Positions 8,744 through 18,311 of a stretch of 32,115 nucleotides of DNA are shown piece after piece (positions within the stretch are counted from its first letter, which is position 1; every line of letters starts with the position of its first letter). This stretch comes from Coleofasciculus chthonoplastes F2-STO-03 (lineage in GTDB: Bacteria; Cyanobacteriota; Cyanobacteriia; Cyanobacteriales; Coleofasciculaceae): the NCBI GenBank assembly GCA_040222015.1, contig JAVJWO010000048.1, positions 1-32,115 on the forward strand. The letters run 5' to 3'. The translations under genes were made by a program, and so were the position numbers. The notes beneath the pieces were generated by a model that saw only the letters and a list, made by a program, of their open reading frames with translations, ran no database searches and was not told the origin of the DNA.

Positions 8744-8830
8744 TTAACATCCTCACCGCCCTATAAGTGCGATGATTCCTGACCACGCCACCTTTTTAAG
8801 GGCGGTCGCTGAATGGGGGTCAAACGGGCG
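8744..8830 (-). mobile_element. IS200/IS605 right-end remnant
   Basis: Minus strand AGGAATCATCGCACTTATAGGGCGGTGAGGATGTTAA resembles tnpB right ends (..GATGTCAA). Confidence 0.55.
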
Positions 8831-8954
8831 AGTGCGAGTCACATCAGGGCGGACAAGAGAGGATAATAATAACACAAGAGTTCCCTAATCTCCACCGCTA
8901 ACTTTAATTGTGTCCACCTACTTAAAGCACTGACGACAAACAACAATTAACAAA

Positions 8955-9425
8955 ATGCACCATCAACCAACACCCTGGTTCCGTCGCCGAGATATTGTCA
9001 TCGCCTATACATTGCTGCGAATCGTTTTAGGCATAAACTTTTTTAACCACGGCTTTACGCGCCTCGGTAATATTCCCGGCTTTGCCCAGTCGATGGTGGA
9101 TTTATTTCAAGATACCTTTATTCCCGAACCCTTAGTCAGGGCACCCGCTTTACTGGTGCCAATTGTGGAATTTATTGTCGGATTTCTGGTGACACTGGGA
9201 TTAGCGACTCAAGCGGCGTTAGTAACTGGATTTAGCTTAATGATCGTGCTGATGTATGGGGTGACATTACTGCAAAACTGGGATACAGCGACGAGTCAAT
9301 TGATTTATTGTCTGGTGTTTTTTATCTTAATTGCTGGCAATAGTTTTAATGACGTCTCCATTGATGCATGGTGGCAACGCCGGAAGACGCGATCGCAGCG
9401 TCTTGATACCTCCGAAACTCATTAA
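8955..9425 (+). CDS. DoxX family membrane protein
   Basis: LLRIVLGINFFNHG, VEFIVG..LGL and SID motifs, four TM segments. Confidence 0.85.
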   Translation: MHHQPTPWFRRRDIVIAYTLLRIVLGINFFNHGFTRLGNIPGFAQSMVDLFQDTFIPEPLVRAPALLVPIVEFIVGFLVTLGLATQAALVTGFSLMIVLMYGVTLLQNWDTATSQLIYCLVFFILIAGNSFNDVSIDAWWQRRKTRSQRLDTSETH

Positions 9426-9526
9426 CACTTCCCAATTGCCAACTTCCGGTAGACTATTGACAATACACCTAAAGTATCAACTCAATTCCACACATCATCA
9501 GCTTAGAGAAAGGATGACTATCAATT

Positions 9527-10111
9527 ATGACCAACTCACCGAAAATTCTGGCATTTGCGGGTAGCGCCCGCACAGCATCCTGGAACAAAAAATTAGTAAA
9601 AATTGCGGTTGAGGGTGCAAAAGAAGCCGATGCGGAGGTTACCTATATAGATTTTCGCGATTTACCTATGCCCCTGTACGACCAAGATTTGGAAGAAAAC
9701 ACAGGTATCCCGGAAACTGTCCGCAAATTCAAGCAACTGATGAAAACCCATCAAGGCTTACTCATCGCCTCACCGGAATACAACAGTTCAATCTCACCTT
9801 TACTCAAAAATGCCATTGACTGGGCATCTCGTCCAGAACCGGGCGAACCCCCCCTTTCCCTCACCTGTTTTCGGGATAAAGTGGCTGTTTTGATGAGTAC
9901 CTCACCCGGAGGAATGGGCGGGTTACGGGGTTTAATTCATGTTCGTGCCATTCTCGGTACTATTGGCGTGTTGGTTTTACCGGATCAGAAAGCGATTTCC
10001 AATGCGTATCAGGCATTTGATCAGAATGGGAACTTGATTGATGAGACGCAACAAGCATCGGTGAAACAATTGGGTAGTAAATTAGCCACAGTCCTGGCAA
10101 AATTAGCTTAA
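9527..10111 (+). CDS. NAD(P)H-dependent FMN reductase
   Basis: GSARTASWN, SPEYNSS..LKNAIDWASR, SPGGMGG. Confidence 0.93.
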   Translation: MTNSPKILAFAGSARTASWNKKLVKIAVEGAKEADAEVTYIDFRDLPMPLYDQDLEENTGIPETVRKFKQLMKTHQGLLIASPEYNSSISPLLKNAIDWASRPEPGEPPLSLTCFRDKVAVLMSTSPGGMGGLRGLIHVRAILGTIGVLVLPDQKAISNAYQAFDQNGNLIDETQQASVKQLGSKLATVLAKLA

Positions 10112-10160
10112 TCAGGAAAATCATTCAGATTTGGTCTTTGGTATAGATACCAAAGGAAAA

Positions 10161-10224
10161 AAGGGGCGGGTTTAGTCAAGTTATCAGTTTGTGCCACAAC
10201 GTTATCAGTAAAACCCGCCCCTAC
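10161..10224. repeat. REPIN-like inverted pair (GTAGGGGCGGGTTT family)
   Basis: AGGGGCGGGTTT...AAACCCGCCCCTAC. The same family occurs at 20831-21027 and 22711-22774. Confidence 0.85.
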
Positions 10225-10396
10225 ACCTCGACTTTCCACCAATGCAAGCCTTGCACGCCTATAGACGCCCTCATCTGTGTTTGTTCCCGATTAAGCAGAA
10301 CAGGTATCAGATGTTTGACATAAGACGAAAGACATAAGACATAAGACCAATCTGCTGTAAACTATCCCTAGCCCAAATGTAATTGCCCAAGTTAGC

Positions 10397-12400
10397 GTGT
10401 TCAGCCCATCCAACTCTGACCTATCCCCTTCCCCAAAACCTTTGCCCAATCAACGGTGGCAATTTGCCTCCGCTAACCCGGAAAAAGCGAACCAACTCGC
10501 CCAAGGGACAGGATTGTCACCCCTGCTGGGTCAAGTGTTAATTAATCGAGGATTCGATACCGTAGACCAAGCCATGGTCTATTTATATCCAGAATCCCTG
10601 GCTATGCCCAGCCCGATTGATGAATTTCCTGACTTGGCGATTAGTGTGGATATGCTCAAAGATGCGATCGCAGAAAATGAGAAAATAGCGATCTGTGGGG
10701 ACTATGATGCCGATGGGATGACGAGTACCGCCTTGTTACTGCGGGCATTGCGGTGGTTAGGGGCGGATGTGGAGTATGCGATTCCCAGCCGGATGCAGGA
10801 GGGGTATGGGATCAATACTCGGATTGTGGAAGAATTTGCCAATGAAGGCGTAGGGCTAATTCTGACTGTGGATAATGGGATTGCAGCACACGACGCGATC
10901 GCACTCGCTGTAGAATTGGGTCTAACGGTTATTATTACCGACCATCACGACCTTCCCCCTGAACTCCCAGAAGCTGATGCGATTCTCAACCCGAAACAGT
11001 TACCTGAATCCTCCCCGTATCGCAGTTTAGCTGGCGTCGGTGTCGCCTATATATTAGCCGTTAGCCTCGCCCAAGACTTAGGTCAGCACCAGGGACTCAC
11101 TAGCCAACTCCTAGAACTGTTTACCCTAGGAACTATAGCTGATCTCGCCCCCTTAAATGGAATTAACCGCCGTTGGTTAAAACGAGGATTGCAACGCTTA
11201 CCTAAATCTCAACTGGCGGGAATTCAGGCGTTAATCCAAATGTCAGGCGTCAGTGAAGACCAAATCGCCCTGAAACCGGAAGATATCGGCTTTAAACTCG
11301 GACCGAGAATTAACGCCGTGGGGCGGTTAGCTGATCCGCAAATCGTGATTGAACTCCTCACCACCAGCGATGGGGAAATTGCCAAAGAACGGGCGATGCA
11401 ATGCGAACAAATTAACCAAAAACGTCAACACCTGTGCGCGGAAATTGAGCAAGACGCGATCGCACTGATTGAACAAGAGGAGTTAAACTGGCAACAGCAG
11501 CGCGTTCTCGTCTTGGTGCAACCGGGTTGGCATCATGGGGTGATTGGGATTGTCGCGTCGCGCCTGGTGGAACGGTATGGTGTTCCGGTATTTATTGGCA
11601 CTTATGAAGACGAAAAGCAGGAACACATTCGTGGTTCTGCACGAGGGATTCGGGAATTTAATGTTTTTGAAGCCCTACAATCGTGCCATGATTTATTAGG
11701 GAAATTTGGCGGACATCAAGCGGCGGGAGGGTTTTCGTTATCGAGTGAAAATTTAACGGCGTTTCAAACTCAACTCAGTCACTTTGCCCATCAATGTTTA
11801 GAACCGGAACATCTTAAACCCTTAGTCTCCATTGACGCCGAGGCTAATTTTAATCAAATTAGCTATAGTCTTTACCAACAAATTGACCGATTGCATCCCT
11901 GTGGAATTGGTAATCCTGACCCCATATTCTGGACACCCAATGTGCGAGTGGTGGAACAAAAACTCGTGGGCAAAGGACATCTAAAGCTTACCCTGTCTGC
12001 CTTTGACGGAACCAAGCAACTGAATGCGATCGCGTGGCGTTGGGGTGAATACTTCCCTTTACCCTCTAATATAGATATTGCTTATAAACTCAAAGATAAT
12101 GCTTGGAATGGTAATGTGACGATTGAATTAGAGTTAGTCGGCATTCGGGTGAGTGAATCAGCCCCATCATCGATTAAAAAAGCTGAATTTTATCACAATG
12201 AACGCCGCTATACCTGTAGTTTATGGGAATCATTAAATGAGTTACGAATTAAGAATGCTGAAGGTAAAGTTCTGGTGATTCAAAAGGGACAGCGTACCGG
12301 ACTTTTAGGATTCAATCGGAACGAGGCTAAACAGGTGGATGTTACCCAATCTCATTACTATCATTTAATTAAAGCCGCAACTCGTGCTTTAAAGTTGTGA
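10397..12400 (+). CDS. recJ: ssDNA exonuclease RecJ
   Basis: GDYDADG, TVDNG, TDHH, GTIADL, PRINA, GSARG, GGHQAAGG. Confidence 0.96.
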   Translation: MFSPSNSDLSPSPKPLPNQRWQFASANPEKANQLAQGTGLSPLLGQVLINRGFDTVDQAMVYLYPESLAMPSPIDEFPDLAISVDMLKDAIAENEKIAICGDYDADGMTSTALLLRALRWLGADVEYAIPSRMQEGYGINTRIVEEFANEGVGLILTVDNGIAAHDAIALAVELGLTVIITDHHDLPPELPEADAILNPKQLPESSPYRSLAGVGVAYILAVSLAQDLGQHQGLTSQLLELFTLGTIADLAPLNGINRRWLKRGLQRLPKSQLAGIQALIQMSGVSEDQIALKPEDIGFKLGPRINAVGRLADPQIVIELLTTSDGEIAKERAMQCEQINQKRQHLCAEIEQDAIALIEQEELNWQQQRVLVLVQPGWHHGVIGIVASRLVERYGVPVFIGTYEDEKQEHIRGSARGIREFNVFEALQSCHDLLGKFGGHQAAGGFSLSSENLTAFQTQLSHFAHQCLEPEHLKPLVSIDAEANFNQISYSLYQQIDRLHPCGIGNPDPIFWTPNVRVVEQKLVGKGHLKLTLSAFDGTKQLNAIAWRWGEYFPLPSNIDIAYKLKDNAWNGNVTIELELVGIRVSESAPSSIKKAEFYHNERRYTCSLWESLNELRIKNAEGKVLVIQKGQRTGLLGFNRNEAKQVDVTQSHYYHLIKAATRALKL

Positions 12401-12517
12401 TTGGTCATTGGTCATACTCCCCCAGCTTCCAGACGTTCCACTGGAACGTCTCTACTACCCCATCTCCCCCGGCTTTAATGCATCAGGGAGCAAGATGCTC
12501 CCCCTACAAGCAGACGG

Positions 12518-12643
12518 CTACAGATCCCCCTTAAACGCAGCCAGCAGAAAAACAACCACAGGACCGGCAATCACAATCGCAGCCAGCACGCTAAGCTGGG
12601 CAATCAGTTCCCAGTTGATATTCCCGATAAAACTTAAATCCAT
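12518..12643 (-). CDS. psb30: Photosystem II Psb30 (Ycf12)
   Basis: Not in the ORF track. Manual translation gives 41 aa MDLSFIGNINWELIAQLSVLAAIVIAGPVVVFLLAAFKGDL, with a GGAGG RBS. Confidence 0.95.
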   Translation of the reverse strand: MDLSFIGNINWELIAQLSVLAAIVIAGPVVVFLLAAFKGDL

Positions 12644-12857
12644 CTATCCTCCCGATTAACCTAATTTAAATGGTGTCGTTACAAATTGCCGATTAGATTT
12701 TACTGGCTAATTGACCAGTTTTTTTAATCAAATTAACAAAACTATACAAAACGTAACAGAAATGTCATTTATCCTGTGTCATCTTTCCTTGTCTATCCGA
12801 CAGAGGAAAACCCGTTATCCTAGAGAAACTTGGAATCAATCGCTATGGTGAAATGCA

Positions 12858-13208
12858 ATGGCAACTTGGCGTTGTGTAAAGCAATGTGGTGCATGCTGTT
12901 ATCTTGACCCAACCGAACGCCCTGGATTAGAAACCTATCTGACACCAGAGGAGTTAGACCTGTACTTGAGCATGGTGGGGGAAGACGGATGGTGTGTCAA
13001 TTTTGATCATCAGACTCGTCAATGTTGCATTTATGCCCATCGCCCTCGCTTCTGTCGGGTGGAGGCGGATATCTTTCACCAGATGTATGGGATTGAACCG
13101 GAGGAATTAAACGACTTTGCGATCGACTGTTGTCGAGATCATATCGCGGATCTCTACGGCGATCGCAGTTTGGAGTTGCTACGCTTTGACCGAGAAGTGG
13201 GAATATAA
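12858..13208 (+). CDS. YkgJ family CxxCxxCC cysteine-cluster protein
   Basis: CVKQCGACC..GWC..C.IY..RPRFCR, divergent from psb30. Confidence 0.9.
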   Translation: MATWRCVKQCGACCYLDPTERPGLETYLTPEELDLYLSMVGEDGWCVNFDHQTRQCCIYAHRPRFCRVEADIFHQMYGIEPEELNDFAIDCCRDHIADLYGDRSLELLRFDREVGI

Positions 13209-13424
13209 CTGCTCTTTTTTACCACAAAACACACGCATTTTGTTTTAGGTTTTGGCAAAAGTCAAATTATAATCGAGATTTACAACAGTACGGTGAGGGT
13301 TCAAAACGAATGGCAGACTCTAGCAAAAGCTACACCTTTCATGGCGATGTCGGCAGTGTTGAAAATCAAGGTCATATAGTAGGTTCTGGTAGTCACCATA
13401 CCATTAACAGCGCAGCAGATGAGG

Positions 13425-13658
13425 TTAAAGGCGATTATGCTTGGCTTTTTCCTGGCGAGCAAACTCAACCCCTGCTTTTAGCTGTTCAAAAGGTAGTGGT
13501 TGACCATCTTCAACGGGAATATAACGGGATACAATATTCGGCTGTTGTACATCTTCAGCCAGGTGTAACATCGCACCAATTTGGCAACTATAGAGCAAGT
13601 CATAATTTAGACTTTCTCTATAGTTACCAACGTACAACCAAGGTCTAATACAATACAT
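13425..13658 (-). pseudogene. N-terminal fragment of a dual-specificity phosphatase
   Basis: IRPWLYVGN..IGAMLHLA..YIPVEDGQ..LKAGVEF, terminating just before the expected CX5R loop. Confidence 0.7.
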
Positions 13659-13732
13659 TTTGTTCTTTTCTTGTAATTTAAACTATAGGTCTATTTTAAT
13701 CCACATATTCTAGAGGTACGACATCGCCCATT

Positions 13733-14449
13733 GGTATCAATTTAAGTTGAAACCCCTCACCCCCACCCCCTCTCCCACTCAGGGGAGAGGGGAGCAAGAA
13801 AGGTAATATCATGTCCGGTAAAACACCCCTAATAAAAACACCTTTTGACCCAATAAGTGCAAGGTTTTGATACCTCTTCGGTCAAAAACGAAAGCACTTT
13901 TGCACGGGAAGCAGCATCTGCCTCATCTTCCCCATCTGCCTCATCTCCCCCATCTCCCCCTCTGACAGGTGTAGGTTTTTTATTTTAGGGTGGGGACAAG
14001 ACTTGGAGGACAAGGAAGGAAAGAAGACAAGGGGGGAAAACCGTACAGAATTAGGTTCAGTCAAGCTAACTATAAAAAGCCGAAACGCCCTATTTTTCGT
14101 TCTCAATCTTCCTTGTCTACGGTCGCTGAGCGAAGTCGAAGTGATGGTCTACCTGTCTTCCAAGACTAGCCTAAACCCCAATCTTAAAAAACCTACCCTT
14201 GTGAGGGGGAGGGAACTGCTTAACAGGGAAATCTTAACAGTTGCAACCCCCTGATGGGGGACGATTCTGCTTAAGCATCCTTGAAAAATACCAGGATTTC
14301 CAGCTTATGGGTTTCAAAACCTTGCACCTGATGCACCTTTGATCATTCCCTAACGCTTTATTTATAAGGGTTTCAGGCTTGTGCAGCAGACCCTAATTAT
14401 TCCGGTTCCCCTTCTCCCTCGATGGGAGAAGGGGTTAGGGGATGAGGGT
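13733..14449. mobile_element. Nested MITE/repeat cluster
   Basis: Left half (13733-13800) and right half (about 14400-14449) of the repeat seen whole at 31232-31458, separated by about 600 bp of inserted repeats. Confidence 0.6.
13954..14211. mobile_element. MITE with long imperfect terminal inverted repeats
   Basis: CTCCCCCTCTGACAGGTGTAGGTTTTTTA..CTTGGAGGACA versus TGTCTTCCAAG..TAAAAAACCTACCCTTGTGAGGGGGAG. Confidence 0.7.
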
Positions 14450-14470
14450 GAAATGCTACAAAACACCAGA

Positions 14471-15244
14471 TCACAAATCGGGTTCAATTCCTGCGGCTCG
14501 TAACTGTGCAGCTAATCGCTCGGCTCTCTGACGTTCTTGGTCTAATTGAGATTGAATTTGTTCGGCTTGTTCATGACCTGTTAATAATAAATTACCTTCA
14601 GAATCCCACCAACGTAACCAGGGTAATTCTGTATTCTGATATCGACCTTGCCAAATTCCTAATTCAACACCTAACGGTAAAATGGGATAATGACCCCGTT
14701 CATTTGCAGTTACTACTTGATACTGACCTGCAACTAAACAATAAACTTCAACACTGGCGCGGTTCACTTCATAAATGCCGTAATACGCCGGACGAATTAT
14801 CCGTTCATATATCCAGGATTTTCCCGGTTTTTCTGCTCCCGGTTCTTGAGTTCGGGATAAAGGAGTATTATCTCGTTCCTGTGAGCCATCTCCTGAGACA
14901 AATTCTAAAACAATCAGGGGTGGAATTAATTCTTGCCACAATACATAAGACCGCCGTACTTGACCATTTAGCGTAGGCGGTACATTGGGGACATAAAACC
15001 AGTCCGGTGCTTCGGCTCCTTTTTCGGGTGGGTCAGTTAAACGCCAGTAAATCCCGCAATCTTGACCAATACAATATTGCCCATCTGGATGATATTGTTG
15101 CAGTACAGATGTGATGGAATCGGTTAAAAGAATGCTTTGGGTATGCTCCTGAAAGTTTTTCCCAAACGTACCATCAGATTCGGGTAATTGAGTATGATCA
15201 GGTAGGGTTTTGGGAAAGGTTGGTGGGTTAGCTGTAGAAGTCAT
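14471..15244 (-). CDS. Uma2 (DUF820) family endonuclease-like protein
   Basis: LPDHTQLPESDG, APDWFYVP, PLIVLEFVS, WLRWWD and coiled-coil tail. The ORF-track extension to 15289 lies inside a MITE. Confidence 0.92.
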   Translation of the reverse strand: MTSTANPPTFPKTLPDHTQLPESDGTFGKNFQEHTQSILLTDSITSVLQQYHPDGQYCIGQDCGIYWRLTDPPEKGAEAPDWFYVPNVPPTLNGQVRRSYVLWQELIPPLIVLEFVSGDGSQERDNTPLSRTQEPGAEKPGKSWIYERIIRPAYYGIYEVNRASVEVYCLVAGQYQVVTANERGHYPILPLGVELGIWQGRYQNTELPWLRWWDSEGNLLLTGHEQAEQIQSQLDQERQRAERLAAQLRAAGIEPDL

Positions 15245-15257
15245 CGGAACCTGGGGA

Positions 15258-15360
15258 TAAGCTGTTCGGCATTTAAACCTTAATGTCAATTATGGCGAAA
15301 TCCTTGTAGTGCGAGCATCTTGCTCGTTACTAATACCCAATTTAAATGCATGACAGCTTA
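15258..15360. mobile_element. 103-bp MITE, copy 1
   Basis: TAAGCTGT..GCATTTAAA / TTTAAATGC..ACAGCTTA ends with a central GCGAGCATCTTGCTCG hairpin. Inverted copy at 31655-31757. Confidence 0.85.
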
Positions 15361-15423
15361 ACAGCTCTAATTTTATCGTAGTATTGATTCAGTGTGATTA
15401 GTCATTGGAGTGCGATCGTACAT

Positions 15424-16887
15424 TCAGGGTGAAACCTCTTGTGTACCAGAGCTACACGCAAGTTTTCCATTTTTATAGATTGGTTCAGGAGGAGGTGTGT
15501 CCAGAGACTTTGACTCACATAAAATTGACAGTGTTATTGGTTCATCAATCTTTGATAATTCTCTAACAACTACAGCCCCGACATAGCTCTTGAGCTTATT
15601 ATTACGAGATATTCCATAATTAAATACACCCTGAATATCGGTTTTAGTATTTGAATTACTAATGCCTAAAGCAAATCCTAATTTTCCGATGCTTTTATTT
15701 AGCAGGCTTTCAGGTTGTTTTATGGTTGATATATGACTCGAATATATGTACTGTTCAGTGTTGTTTATAAGTAGACTTAATTCATGTTTTGACTTTGAAT
15801 ATTTTCCGTTTTCAAGAAAATATTTTTGCTGCTCACGATTCATCATAAGTACAGTTTTTAGTGCTTCATATTCTTGTGTTTTAATTTTCATGTTAACATA
15901 TGTTTGGTGTATCACGGAAGCGATTGAAACACCAACGAAAAGCAAGTAAAATATGAACACGAAAAACATAATTTTTGAATTTTTTGCCGATATATAGTTA
16001 AGATATTCATTAATATTATTAAGGCTATAATATTTAACTTTATAATTTGAAAGTGGAGTAAATACCTTTGAGATGTCTAGCTGCTTTAACCAAGCCTGCA
16101 TCGACTGGGGACGGTCTTTTGGTTCTAACTCCATCCCTTTGAGAATTGCCCGATTTACCTGCTTACTAATCCCTGGAACAATTTCCTGAGGTTCAATCAA
16201 AGGTTCCTGATAAAGCTTGCGATCCAAACTCTTAGTAGGACATTGACCAGTCAGTGCATAATACAACGTTGCCGCTAAACAATAAACATCGACATTTGGC
16301 TCCCGACTCCCCCGGTGTACCTGTTCATAAGGCGCAAATCCCTCATTACCAACTGCTCCTGTTGTAGTGTATGTCGAGGGGACCAGTTCCTTAGCAATAC
16401 CAAAATCAATTAAAACCGCTCTGCTATTTTGCCGTAATAAAATATTGCCGGGATGAGCATCTCGATGAGTTAACCCTCCCTGATGCACTAGAGTTAAAGC
16501 TTCCCCAATTTGGCGAATATATCTCACTGCTTCCGCTTCAGGTATCGCTCCCCGACGCCTAACTAACTCAAACAAATTTTCCCCCTCGACAAAATTCATC
16601 ACCAAGCAGGAAATTATCCCTTCTTGAAACAAGTCATGCACTCCGACAATAGAGGGATGCGGATCTCTGGATAGTCGGGCTAATATCTGTGCTTCTTCAA
16701 TAAATCGAGCTAAATACTTGTGATAATCTGGCTCGTATTGCAGATACTCGTTAGGCGTTTTAATGACAACATAATGATTCAGAGATACGTGCCGCGCCTT
16801 ATAAGTGATTCCGAAACCACCTTGTCCCAGAACTCCTTGAATCACATATTTACCGCCTTGTAATCGTTGCCCTGTTGCCCAAACCAT
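15424..16887 (-). CDS. Ser/Thr kinase with TM helix and C-terminal type IV pilin-like (Pilin_GH-like) domain
   Basis: GQGGFG, VIK, HRDAHPGN, DFG, APYE, then a TM helix, then EA....MNREQQKYFLENG.Y, LKSYVGAV, ILCES..C. Confidence 0.88.
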   Translation of the reverse strand: MVWATGQRLQGGKYVIQGVLGQGGFGITYKARHVSLNHYVVIKTPNEYLQYEPDYHKYLARFIEEAQILARLSRDPHPSIVGVHDLFQEGIISCLVMNFVEGENLFELVRRRGAIPEAEAVRYIRQIGEALTLVHQGGLTHRDAHPGNILLRQNSRAVLIDFGIAKELVPSTYTTTGAVGNEGFAPYEQVHRGSREPNVDVYCLAATLYYALTGQCPTKSLDRKLYQEPLIEPQEIVPGISKQVNRAILKGMELEPKDRPQSMQAWLKQLDISKVFTPLSNYKVKYYSLNNINEYLNYISAKNSKIMFFVFIFYLLFVGVSIASVIHQTYVNMKIKTQEYEALKTVLMMNREQQKYFLENGKYSKSKHELSLLINNTEQYIYSSHISTIKQPESLLNKSIGKLGFALGISNSNTKTDIQGVFNYGISRNNKLKSYVGAVVVRELSKIDEPITLSILCESKSLDTPPPEPIYKNGKLACSSGTQEVSP

Positions 16888-16915
16888 GGCTATTTTGAGA
16901 TAATTCTAGAATTGT

Positions 16916-17941
16916 CTATGGCGAAATCGTCGATGATGGAGTAGGAGACGTGGGTGACTGAGGCTTTAATCGATCCATCCAGTCTGACAAAGGTCCCAAG
17001 AATGCCACAATTAAACTTAGCACCGCTACAATCAACCCCGCGATCGCAAGTTTTTGCTCTAAGCTTAATCCTCTCTTCGCAGGCGGTGGTGTGGGTGCAG
17101 GGGGAGAGGCTTCACTGATCAACCCCAGAGAATCTAACCATTCTCGCATCGACTGGGGGCGCTGCTTCGGTTCTAACCCCATACCCTGGAGAATCAGCCG
17201 ATTTGTGCGATCGCTAATCTGATCGTTATACTCTTTCGGTGGTTCTAACTGCTCACGGTCTAGCTTACGCTTAATTGCACTCACAGGTTTGTGTCCCGTT
17301 AACAGTTCATACAATGTCGCCGCTAACGAATAAACATCCGTATATTCTCCCGGTTTCTCAGCCAGTCGGGAATAGAGTTCCATTGGCGCAAACCCTTCTG
17401 AGGCTTCCTTTGTCCGCACTGAAGTCACCTCACAGTCAAACTCCAGCGCTAAATCAAAATCAATTAAAACTGCTTCCGCTTTTCCGTCGCGAACATGGAG
17501 AATAATATTACCCGGTTTCACATCCCGATGAATCAAACCATTCCCATGCACCTCAATCAGCGCCTCACCAATTTGCTGAATATAATTGAGGGCTTCCGCT
17601 TCTGGGAGCATTTTCTGGGCGCGGTAGGCTAAACTCAACCCATCCACATAATCCATGACAATGCACCACCGTTTCCCGTCTTTAAAAAGTTCTCGGACTT
17701 TGACAATATGAGGATGATTACAACCATTGAGTTTTACCGCTTCCTGACAAAACTTAGTTTCTAGTCGGTTTTGTTCTTGTGGGGTGAGGGAATTGAGGAG
17801 TGCATCATTCAAGGTTTTGATTACCCAGCGACAATCGTCTCCATCCTTTACCAGATAGGTAATCCCCAAACGCCCTTGTCCCAGTTGTCTCTCTAAGATG
17901 TACTTACCGTTATAAAGTGCATCCCCTGTCGCCCAAACCAT
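16916..17941 (-). CDS. Ser/Thr kinase with C-terminal TM anchor
   Basis: GQGRLG, VIK, HRDVKPGN, DFD, APME, DVYSLA, then a Pro-rich linker and TM helix. Confidence 0.92.
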   Translation of the reverse strand: MVWATGDALYNGKYILERQLGQGRLGITYLVKDGDDCRWVIKTLNDALLNSLTPQEQNRLETKFCQEAVKLNGCNHPHIVKVRELFKDGKRWCIVMDYVDGLSLAYRAQKMLPEAEALNYIQQIGEALIEVHGNGLIHRDVKPGNIILHVRDGKAEAVLIDFDLALEFDCEVTSVRTKEASEGFAPMELYSRLAEKPGEYTDVYSLAATLYELLTGHKPVSAIKRKLDREQLEPPKEYNDQISDRTNRLILQGMGLEPKQRPQSMREWLDSLGLISEASPPAPTPPPAKRGLSLEQKLAIAGLIVAVLSLIVAFLGPLSDWMDRLKPQSPTSPTPSSTISP

Positions 17942-18009
17942 GGTGTGCCATTCTCAAAACTTAGATTAATTTTGACACAGTATATCCGAGACTGTAGGGG
18001 CGCACCGAC

Positions 18010-18176
18010 GTGCAACTTAAGCTCAATCCCTCACCCACGCCAGCCCTCACCCCCAGCCCCTCTCCCAAGCTTGGGAGAGGGGAGCAAGAGGGGAGCAAGA
18101 GGGGAGCAAGAGAATCCGGTTCCCCTTCTCCCGTGCAACAAAAGCGAAGCATCCTCTGTCCTCCCCCCTCTTGTAG
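18010..18176. repeat. Composite GC-rich dispersed repeat
   Basis: CAACTTAAG..CCCCTCTCCCAAGCTTGGGAGAGGGG(AGCAAGAGGGG)n..CCCCTTCTCCC, near-identical to 31232-31413. Confidence 0.88.
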
Positions 18177-18311
18177 TGTGAGCATCTTGCTCACTACCTA
18201 AAACACCACTGAAACCCGAAAACATAAAGGTGTCGAGAACGATTAAAGGTTCAGTGCAAGATTTCAGTCAGCTATTCAGTGATATTAGAAATGATTACGA
18301 TTTGCTTGATT

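Noticed and set aside
12408..12659. 83-aa plus-strand ORF
   Set aside because: Shadow of psb30 and REP hairpins
13882..14254. ORFs 13882-14106 and 14003-14254
   Set aside because: Translations of MITE and tandem-repeat DNA
14230..14270. GTTGCAACCCCCTGATGGGGACG, resembling a CRISPR repeat
   Set aside because: Single copy with no spacers and no cas genes
17945..18225. Four overlapping short ORFs, and the similar ORF at 31118-31396
   Set aside because: Produced by the GC-rich dispersed repeat
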